This document shows positions 12,019-22,213 of a stretch of DNA of 64,000 nucleotides, piece by piece (position 1 is the stretch's first letter; each line of letters opens with the position of its first letter). The stretch is from Octopus vulgaris (Eukaryota), in NCBI GenBank assembly GCA_951406725.2, contig OX597820.1:22754001-22818000 (forward strand), in the 5' to 3' direction. The notes below the pieces were generated by a model. The model did no database searches. It had not been told where the DNA came from and saw only the letters and a program-made list of their open reading frames with translations. A program made the translations under genes and the position numbers.

Positions 12019-12367
12019 CTAAAAAGTTCAAAAGAAATTACAGAGAAAAATCAGAACTAATAATAAATCAAAGACACAAGGCTAATAAAAAGTAATTACA
12101 AATAAAGTTTAAAGTTCTGATAAGGAAAATACTTCTTTAAATTTTTTTTTTTTTTTTGCTTTACAGAAATTAATCCATTAACAGAAAACATTTACTCATT
12201 GATTTCGCTCTCTCTCTCTCTCACACACACACACATTAATAAAACAATTACGTTTTAAAAATTACCTTTGGATGACTGACAAACATCAGTGACATTTACT
12301 TTGCCCAAAATCAATAAAAATGATTAAGATTATTTCTAATTAAATAATTTTTCTAATAGCAGAAAAC

Positions 12368-12403
<36 letters not shown>

Positions 12404-12419
12404 CAAAACAGATTCTAAC

Positions 12420-12614
12420 CTTTTCACTTTGAGTTTCATCAAGCAACTTTCTGGTACGTTCTAACTCCTGTGTTAGTTGATTCTTTTCTTCTAGAGCTTG
12501 CATTCGTTCTTTAAGATGGAGCTGCAAACGCTCACTTGATTCCGTCAGCAGTTTATCAACTGTGGCAGAAAGACGTGCATTGTGGTCCTCATTCATTTTC
12601 TCTCTCTGACGTGC
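12420..12614 (-). CDS. PPFIA: Liprin-alpha exon E, 195 nt, phase 0-0: [65 protein letters not shown]
   Basis: Acceptor tttttag|GCA, donor AAG|gttaga. Hallmark '[39 protein letters not shown]'. Confidence 0.97.
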
Positions 12615-12802
12615 CTAAAAAAGTGAATTGAAGTGTCAGTTTTATACTTATCATTTCAGTTCATGCAAAAAAACAAAAGAAAATTTTAAAAAAAACCCTT
12701 CTTTGTGTATGTGGAGGAACGATGACAAAAACAAAATCATGCACACAGAGAGATATCCTTCCATTTTCACCACCCATGATTCCTGGCAGTCAAGGGGTAG
12801 CT

Positions 12803-12991
12803 CCAGAGAAACATTAAATAGAAAATGAACGTTTGCAGAACAAATATTGGAATACAGTCGGCATGACCAAATTATGTTTTAACAACAAACAAACACCTGA
12901 ATCCTAATTAACACATGGCTAAAATAAATAGGCTGCCAACAGACTTGCACCAATGAAATCTCCTGTGGCTGTTTTAAATAGAATTAATGGT
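12803..12991 (+). repeat. About 190-bp direct repeat, copy 1
   Basis: Aligns by eye to 14231-14423 ('ccagagaaacattaaatagaaaa...gaattaatggt'). Confidence 0.85.
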
Positions 12992-14230
12992 TTCATGCAC
13001 TTCCTCCACAGGGCCCAAATGGAAGCAACATTCATTCAAATTTCCAGCAAGATCCCCAAGCATGGCCAACTGAGTCTGGATATTATCCAGCCATCTTCAC
13101 TAATTAGCAATATTCAAATAGAATTTAAGGATGAAACTCAGACTACCATGGATGATAAATATAGAGTTCCTTACACACACAAGACAAATAAATATTCCTT
13201 TCTACTATAGGCACGGGGCTTGAAATTTTGGGGGAGGAGGACAGTAAATTACGTTGACCCCAATGTTCAACTGATACTTATTTTATTGATTCCAAAGGAT
13301 GAAAGACAAAGTCAATTGCAGTAGAATTAAGACGAATAAATATTGAAATTCACAAATACTTTCCTTTGTCAGACCCCCTCCCCTCGATATATTAAATAAT
13401 GACTGATTATATGTTTTGTATGTTTCTAGGCTACCAATCTAATTTGAATGAGAAATAATTAAATAAATAAAGTACATAAAGTTTGATTCACATTCATATT
13501 TAATCCATGTCTTGATGTCATTCCCATTTTCTGCCAAACACGATTTTCAGCATAGAGACAAGAGTAATATAAAAATCCATTTAGATAAAGCTAATGAATC
13601 TAGTTTATGTCAGTATTACCTAAATTTTTCAAATTACATCCTCCCAGCTGTTGGGGGAGAGCTCAATATTTCGAGTCAATAAATCATTTGTCAATTATTT
13701 GCAGTGTTGATTCTATTAAGAGGGGCGAACTGTGCCTGTGTGCGGTGTGGGTGGTTGACACAGAGTTAAACATCATCGCTAAGAAACTTACTTTTGAACC
13801 AGAAACAAACTGCCAACCTTTCAGTCACCTATGGTTTGCTTATAGTGTATTATTATATGCCAAAGAATGTGGCATTTTATTAAGCTCAGAGGAAGCTAAA
13901 CTAAAAAAAAAATTGATGCTTTATACAAGACTTCGCTTTTTTAATGGATATACACTCCGTTTTCTCTGTGGAAAACCAGCATGATAACATATTCCTAGGA
14001 ATAAACCAAGAAACAGTTGATGTAACAAGCTTCCTGTTGTTTATCATTGACTAACATACATTCCCATAAATGATGAATTTACCTAAAGAAATCATTTAAA
14101 TTACAATTAATAATTAACATACTAATGTTTTACTTTATTTACCTACCAATAAAGGATCAACATTCTATGCTAAAATATCCAAACACACTGATATCAGCAA
14201 CAGCATGGCAATAGTTTTGAAGAGAAGTTT

Positions 14231-14423
14231 CCAGAGAAACATTAAATAGAAAACACGAACATTTGTAGAACAAATATTGGAATACAGTCAGCATAACCGA
14301 GTTATATGCATTAAAAGCGAACGAACACCTGGTTCCTAATCAACACATGGCAAAAATAAATAGGTTACCAACAGACTTGCAACAATGAAATCTCCTGTGG
14401 GGTGTTTTAAACAGAATTAATGG
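14231..14423 (+). repeat. About 190-bp direct repeat, copy 2
   Basis: Aligns to 12803-12991 with scattered substitutions and small indels. Confidence 0.85.
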
Positions 14424-14977
14424 TGCTTACTTTAATATTACAAATGCAAATCAAACAGCTTCTTAACAATGTACATCAGCGAAAGTGGTTAACAGGCACA
14501 CATTTTTAAAATGAATTGGAAACTAAGATAAAGAATTGATAAAAAAAAAAGTGAAGATTTTTTGTTAAAAAAAAGAGAAAATTAACTATATAAATACAAC
14601 ATGAGGAAAGATATTGGATATTTTGTCTATATGGAGACTGACTTCTAGTTTTACACTATCAACAGATCAGTAGAGCTTAGAAGGGAGGGGGTCCTCCAGA
14701 ATAAAAAGATAATTTAGCTTTAGCTAACATTTTATTGCATAACATTTAACTTCATTCATCTCTTGCTAGCAGAATGAAAAGAGAGAAAATATACCAGCAA
14801 ATGACAAAAATTTGGCCTCAGTTTATTTTTGTCTGACGAGGAAAAGTCAGAATATCAAAACTGGTTGTTTACCTCTAAGTTCAAGGAAAAGTCAGAATAT
14901 CAAAACTAACTGTTTACTTCTATTCAAAAATTAAAAACAAATTGACATAAAAAGAAGTGGGGAGGACAACATTTATA

Positions 14978-15293
14978 CTTTATGTACACTGTTTACATCA
15001 GTTGGAGTGGTACCTTTGTCTTGATTGTTGCTTTCACTACATTTCGGCTCCAGCCTTCTTCAGGTGTCTTGTGATTCACCTCCGTGTCCTGTCTAGGATT
15101 GGACACAGAACTTCTAAGTGACTGCACTGCATTGGTTAATGCAGTACAGTCACCTAATGTTCACTCCCAAACAAGGCACTAAGGTGAATCACAAAACACC
15201 TGAGGAAAGCTGGGGTGTACAACAGCCAAAACATAGTGAAAGCAACAATCAAGATGAGGACATCACTCCGACTAATATAAAACATTATACATA
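14978..15293. repeat. About 315-bp foldback (long imperfect inverted repeat), possibly Penelope-derived or MITE-like
   Basis: 'tcttgattgttgctttcacta' vs 'tagtgaaagcaacaatcaaga'; 'caggtgtcttgtgattcacct' vs 'aggtgaatcacaaaacacctg'; central 'gtgactgcactgcatt..aatgcagtacagtcac'. Confidence 0.85.
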
Positions 15294-15384
15294 ATATATA
15301 TTCTTCATCTCACAAAACACAGAATTATGTTATTTATGTATTTCTGTTCAAATAAGAAATCTTCAAACCAAAGAAGTTACTTAC

Positions 15385-15468
15385 TCTTTGTAATTCATTA
15401 GTTTGGTCAGTGAGACTTTGTTCCAGTGATAATAATTTTTCTTGGGCATTTCCATGTTGCTGCTCGGC
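15385..15468 (-). CDS. PPFIA: Liprin-alpha exon D, 84 nt, phase 0-0: AEQQHGNAQEKLLSLEQSLTDQTNELQR (absent from ORF track)
   Basis: Acceptor tattttcag|GCC, donor AGA|gtaagt. The 28 codons align without gaps to vertebrate '[28 protein letters not shown]'. Confidence 0.93.
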
Positions 15469-16647
15469 CTGAAAATAATATAAGAAAAAAACAAAAAAGA
15501 AAATTGAGATACATTAAAATAAATAGTTTACATTTTCTAATTAGTCATGGCAATAGAGAAACATACCAGTAAAAATTCCAATATTTGGTTGTTGCTTTTT
15601 AAAGTTTAAAAAATTTTTTTTTTTTTTAATAAAAAGCAAACCTCCAGTGCACTTTTAATTGTTCTGATGTGATACAAAAATGCTGAAGCCTGTCTATAGC
15701 AATTAGTTAGAAACAAAGTTAAAACAAGAATTTAGTGTGTATAGATGTATCTTTAAGAAAAGATTAAATATTTGTGTTATGCCCTTATATTACAGGTAAT
15801 ACTGAAAGAAAAGATTACAGGTTATTCAGTTATAAGAAAGAGAGTAAACTATTTAATTTGAGTTTCAAAGATTTATATACTATTAACTGAAAGTAATTTT
15901 ATCTCCAAAACAACCACAGCAAAGTTGCTGTTGAACAACAATGAAAAGAAAATCAACATCAAGAGTTTGGAGATGTGTTTGGAAATTTAAAATATCTAAA
16001 TAAAGGGGAAGTGAATGTGGTGAGAGAGTACAATATAAGAAAAATGGTGAGAGACGTATGATAAAAGAGAACATGCGTGATATAATTGATTGCAAGGTTA
16101 ACAATTTGTAAAGAAGAATGACAAACAAATATGATTAAAAAAAGAAAGGGTTTATGAAGGATAGAGAGGGAACATGCAGTAATAAGATGTTGGGGGTTAA
16201 ACCAGGTACAAGTGGATGGTACAAAGTGTGATGGGTGGAGTTGAGGAGAGAAATATAGGGACAGCTTTCAAGAAATTAAAAGAAATGCAAAGACACAAAG
16301 AGGTGGTAGTATTGGCATCAAATGAGAGGCAGCATAGTGGAATAGAGATGGCATAAGATGGCTAAATTGAAAGGATAAAAGATTAGAATAGTGTTTCTCA
16401 ATCATTTTTGCCCCATAGCTTTCTTAAAGAAAAAAAGCATTTCACCATGAAAGGACAACTTTAGCGTCTAACATATATCTGGGAGCAGAATAAAATAAAA
16501 GATTTGGCTTGTCTTTTTATTATATAATCATAAATTACATAATCTTTACAGGTGTTTCACTCGTAAATGCTAGTATGTTGTAGGATAATTATGTAGGCAA
16601 TTGCATAATCACATTGAAATGTCAGATATCCAGAAGAAAATAATAAT

Positions 16648-16820
16648 TAGATCGCTAGCCACTACACATTCTTTACTTTCTCTCCTTGTTCCTTTCCGTG
16701 GAAGAGCATAGGCTCAAAACGTTTAAAGACTTTTTCACTTAACCGAGCATTAAACTAATACATCTGTTTGTTGTCTACACCACCTGTCTTCATCTTTTGT
16801 TTTTTTGTGAGAATTCTCCC
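16648..16820 (+). repeat. Probable Penelope-like 3'-end remnant
   Basis: Degenerate 'gaagagcataggctcaaaacgt', resembling the TGAAGAG...CTCGAAAC motif of Penelope-type ends. Family assignment is inferred. Confidence 0.4.
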
Positions 16821-17395
16821 AATAAGAATTCAATCCATTGTTACTTAATGATTAACAAACAACATATTAATATTTGCTAGTGAAATACACGTAAAGATTG
16901 TGTAATCAATGATGATATAATAACTAAACCTCCTGTTTTATTCTACAGTCAGATATATACAGTCTGTAAAGTATCCAAATGTATATAGTATCGAAAGAAA
17001 ATTGAAGGACAAATCATGTTTAATACTCTTTTGGAATTTGATCAAATTTGGATTTCCATGGAGTACTAAGCATTAGTTAGCTGTGTTGCTATCTCATTTG
17101 AAATACGTGTGTGTGTTCAAAAGAATTTTTAATTAAAGCCTTATTGCAGTGCCATGCCCAATTCTGAAGTAACCCAAGCCCCACAGATGGGGTGTGCATC
17201 CTGCCTTGAGAAACACTGGATTATACGATGGAATACAATAAGGAAAAAGATAAAAGACAGGAGTAGAGTTGAAAGATGAGAGAAATGAAGAAATTGAAAA
17301 AGCAAAGGAACAAAGCGAAACAAAAGATGAGGTAGAGAAACTGATAGAGTTGAGAGAGTTTAGAGAGTGAAAGATGATAAAGGAATTTAAAGAAT

Positions 17396-17399
<4 letters not shown>

Positions 17400-17468
<69 letters not shown>
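17400..17468. repeat. (AG)n microsatellite within a purine-rich tract of about 600 bp (17221-17800)
   Basis: Direct reading. Confidence 0.95.
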
Positions 17469-17472
<4 letters not shown>

Positions 17473-18717
17473 AGTACATGAAAGATACAGGAATTTTATA
17501 GAGTGAAAAGATATGAGGATGGGAAATTGCAGAGAGACAGACAAAGATGGAAGAATTTGAGGATATAGAATGAGTGGGAGAAAGTAAGAGTACATAATGT
17601 GTGGGAGAGTGGGTGAGAAAATGAAAGTAGAACAAGGAATCAGGAATAAAGAGTGATGAGATATGATGGATACAAAACAGGATATGAAAAAGAAGCAATG
17701 GGGAAGGAGAGAGAGAGAGGGTGGGATAATAGAGATGGTGGAAAGGTAAAGTGTATGTGTTAGAAGAACAGTCAGGTTGAATGAGGAAGTGAAGGAGATG
17801 TGTACAATGGTTATAACAGTACCGTGATACAATATAGTAAGATAATTAACAAACACTGTTTACATGCACGCATACACACTGTCTATCACTCACTCACGTA
17901 CACAGTAGCATATAAAAGTTATCAGTTGATGGATTCCCCGCCCCCAACTTTTAAAGAGATCATGAGCAATGTTAATGATTGATTAAAGAGAAAATAAAAT
18001 AAATAAATAAATCAAACAAGTTTATTTTTCTTTTGCTTAATTTAGTCAAACAAAAAACGAATATCTGTATATATATATATTTATAATATTAAATTAGTCT
18101 TTATATTTATTTACTCATTTATTAGCATATTTACTCAAACATGTCTTTTAAGTAGATTTCGGTTGGTAATTTTTAAATGAAGATGTAATTGATTATATTT
18201 AGGTGTTTGCACAATAGTCACACTTACATATACATATATAAACATATGTATACACACACATATTAATAGTAAACAGCAGTAGTACGCAATGGTTCATCAT
18301 CACATTTGACTGCAGCCACATGCATTCGAATGTGCTTCAGAAATGTCAAGATGACGGGATGAACACGACGACGACGATGGACAACAAGTTACGTTTCTAA
18401 ATAAACAGTTATGTAATGGCAAAGCAATGAAAACTGTTAACCTTGGAGAACGTATCTTCAGTGTGAAGATGAGTGATAACTGTGTTCAACAGTGGAGACA
18501 AGGGGTAGTCACAAGGTGAAAAATGTTTGGATAAAGAAATGAATTACAAATCAGACAATACATTAGTTGTGGGCTGTGCTACTGAATATATAGGTAGAAA
18601 AGGTGAGGTAGAACTGTTAAAAAACTTTTTTTATCAGAATTAACAGTGGGTCGGGACCATAGATATTATGTCAACTCTTAGAAAAATAAATAAAGAAAAG
18701 TAGCTAAGCTAACTGAA

Positions 18718-18905
18718 GCAGTTTGAGTCTTTAAAAGGATTTATTTACAAAACTGGTTTCACGACTCAATGAGTTTGAAAAAAAGTACCACGAGGTAGAG
18801 GTGAGATAGTTATGTCATGGCTCAATGTTCCTCCATCTCCCACTACTTTTGAAAAACATGAAATGGTGAAACCAGTTAATAAGTCTTCTTAAAGACTCCA
18901 AGTGC
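18718..18905. repeat. About 190-bp foldback / MITE-like inverted repeat
   Basis: 'gcagtttgagtctttaaaaggatttatt...aactggtttcac' pairs with 'gtgaaaccagttaataagtcttcttaaagactccaagtgc'. Confidence 0.7.
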
Positions 18906-19646
18906 ATTTTCAACATTACACACACACATACATACACAAACACACACGCACACACACACACACAGAGCAAAAGTAAAAAGCCCCATAGCCTGGCATATAA
19001 AATATTATTTAGAAGAGAATTAATTAGAAAAAGTCAAAGTGGCTTGGTGCAACTATTGTTTGAATTTAACAAACAAATGAAGGGAGAACAGGCAACTGAT
19101 GCATAAAAACTCACTTTATTTTCTGCTCTCTCGTAATATATGGAAATAAGCTCTTTGAAGATTGGAGACAAATGCTCCAATCAAAGATGAAACCTGGGCT
19201 ATGGGCCTATAATGAACATTGACTTGCTACGGTGTCAACTTGCAGCTGTTCCCAAAGACTATTAATGTTATTGATATCACTACTTTTTGTGAGGGGACCA
19301 TGAAGAAGACTATCTGCATAACTCCTTCCATCAGAGCAAACCTGGTAGTAATGATGGGGGGGAGATAACTACTTTCTTTAAACAAAAGCCCCCAAACATT
19401 AGACTACAGGACTTTTGCATAACTGAAAGGTTTATTAGCAAAAGCGACTTTACAGCTTTGGCTTGTAAAAGACAAAACATACTTTGATAAAATGTTCAAA
19501 GTTGTTGGAAAAGCTTTGTGATTAGATATTAGTGATGAAATCAAAAACAAAAGTAACAAAGGAATGGAAGCTCATGGCATTAATTTGAGAAAAAGAACCC
19601 CCAAAGCTATTAATAGGTTTTCTTCAATCCCTTTAATGAGTTTTTC

Positions 19647-20438
19647 ATGTCTTTTATCTTTTGTTTCAGGCATTAGATTGTGGCCATGCTGGGGCATTGC
19701 CTTGAAGAATTTTCAGTCAAACAAACTGACCCCATTACTTGTTTTGTTTTAAAGCTTTATTCTATTGGTCTCTTGCTGCACTGCTAAGTTACAGGGACAT
19801 AAACACACTAACACTGGTTGTCAAGTGGGGATGGAGGGCAAACAAAGATACAACTACATACATGCACACATGCATATGATGGGCTTCTTTCAGTTTCCAT
19901 CTATCAAATCCACTCACTAGGCTTTGGTTGGTCTGAAACTATAGTAGAAGACACTTGCCCAGGGTGTCACGCAGTGGGACTGAGCCCAGAACCTTATGGT
20001 TGAGAAGCAAATTTCCTACCACATAGCCACTCTTATGCCTGATACCACAATATTTGTATTTGGTATGCAGAAAGATACCTTGTGATGTTTTCTTTCAGCT
20101 ATTCTTTTATTTGCTTCAGTCATTTGACTGTGGCCATGCTGGAGCACCGCCTTTTAGTTGAAGAAATCGACCTCAAGACTTATTCTTTGTAAGTCTGGTA
20201 TTTATTATATCAGTCTCTTTTGCCAAACCAATAAATTACAGGGACAAACTGAGACACAAACACACACACATACATTCACGATGGGCTTCATTCTGTTTCC
20301 GTCTGCCAAATCCACTCACAAGGCTTTGGTAGCCTAACGCTATAGCAGAAGACACTTGCCCAAGGTGCCATGCTGGGGACTGAACCCGGAACCATGTGAT
20401 TAGGAAAGAAGCTTCTTACCACACAGCCACACCTATGC
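19647..20438 (-). mobile_element. Two tandem tRNA-derived SINEs (about 19647-20040 and 20103-20438)
   Basis: Reverse complements of the 43707-44124 family (head ggtgtggctgtgtggtaagaagctt...ggttcagtccc; tail gactgaaacaagtaaaaga). Confidence 0.85.
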
Positions 20439-22195
20439 TATATTGACTATATAGAGATAGCTAGATAATCAGTGTCATTACATACATACAAATACATTGA
20501 TCATTTTTAATCTTGCCAGCAGAGCTGAATATGCTTTGCTAAGGAAGTCCAATAAGCCCAAAAACAGGTTTGTAGCTTTCACCAGTTGCCTTTAAAGACC
20601 AGATCCACTCCAATCTGCATTGTCTACATGGTCCAAAGACTTTCACGAACTGGTTTTATTAGGGGTTTATTGCTCTTGCTTGTATTTGTATTCTTGTATA
20701 TTAACTATATCTCCTAGAGGAAGCTTTTACTTGCTAATTGCTTGGATAATCTTAACTGAAGTTTCTGTTTCTTTTAATTCCCTATATTACATATGTGAAG
20801 CCCTACCACTCCAGACCAGACGAGCAAGAGTCATACAAATGTAAGTGCTGTTTGTAGGTGTGAGCATAAGACTGAAGAGGTTGATGTGAAGAATAAAAAT
20901 TAGTTATTAAAGAGACATAACATCCAATCTTCTTTGACAAGAAAACAAAATCGTGTTAAATAAATAAATAAATAAACAATGACAACAGCAGTGTTAAAAC
21001 ACAATGCTTAATCTGAATATATTTATGTGGATATTCCAGTTGTCTTCAATTTTTATTTTAGAGTGAAAAAAAAAAAAATGGTAATAATAACAATATGAAA
21101 TATATAATATACAGCTTAAATGTGGAAATCTAAACATTCAATAGACAGCATTAGAAAAGATTATGAGGAACACTACCAGGTTCCATGCACTAAAATGGAG
21201 CAGTGATGACTACGAATAGTGATGTGCCCTTACACACACTGATTGTGCCCTTACATTGACTGATTATTACAAAAAGGTGGCCCTTGGAAAAATGAAATAA
21301 CATGATAATTGAAACCTTCCCAGAGTAAATAAACTTTTATTGTCAGTTGGACTTGAAATCAAGGAAATATTTTGCAGGTCAGAACAGCAAAAAAATATAT
21401 ATGTGAATATATATATACATACATATATATATATACATATAACCCAAACATTGTTTAAGAAAATATTAGTAGATTTCTTATTTCATTTTTTTTCCTCCCT
21501 TCCTTTTTTTTTTTTATTACAAAAAATTTTTAATGAGATAGAGATAAACTATCTTCTGGATATATGCTGCAATATGTTTATATTCTTATTGCACAGATAA
21601 TGAGAAATATATATTTTTTTCTCCAACCAATTCAACTTAGTTTTGAGACACTAAGAAGAAAAATTCTTTTAAAAGACAATTAGCTTATCACAGCTTTTAT
21701 ACATGTATATATGTTTTTTTTTTTTTTATCACTAATGAATTATATGATCAAAGTTTTGTACATTTAATACTCTAATATACCCCTAAGGCTGAAAAATAAA
21801 CAGTGTTAACTGATAAACGGAAATTCTTTTGAAGATGAAAAAAACCTTAATTCGATCAAATGCATTTTATATTTATATTTCATGTGTTGCATTTTGCATG
21901 CCTTGTAGACTATGCATTTTATACAAACTACAGCCACTGTATGTCTGCAGTATAACTGAAGATATCTCTAATTGCTTCATCTCAATGGATTATCACATAG
22001 CTGGAGAGAAGAAAAAAATGTTTTCCTGTTATAAGACTGAGATTCTATGTGGAAATCATACTTATTATGCTAATTTCTATTTTTCCAATTGTTTTGTCAA
22101 TTGTACATTGTTCAAAACAGATGCACACCTTGTTGGGAGTCAGTGAAAGATGGTGTAAAAAACACAAACAGGCTCAGCAGAAGTGGAGTACTCAC

Positions 22196-22213
22196 CTGAG
22201 ATCCTCTAGCATT
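22196..22213 (-). CDS. Candidate 18-nt alternative microexon of liprin-alpha (NARGSQ) between exons C and D
   Basis: ttttttcttatcactag|AATGCTAGAGGATCTCAG|gtgagt: pyrimidine tract, consensus donor, phase 0-0, no stop. Confidence 0.55.

Noticed and set aside
17141-17215. In-frame 24-aa terminal exon after the long pyrimidine tract
   Set aside because: The acceptor coincides with CAGTGTTTCTCAA, the hAT-MITE terminus seen at 2425, so it is more simply a MITE end.
17221-17856. 211-aa minus-strand ORF, the longest in the track
   Set aside because: It translates a pyrimidine-rich/(CT)n tract into low-complexity S/L/F sequence, with no splice or homology support.
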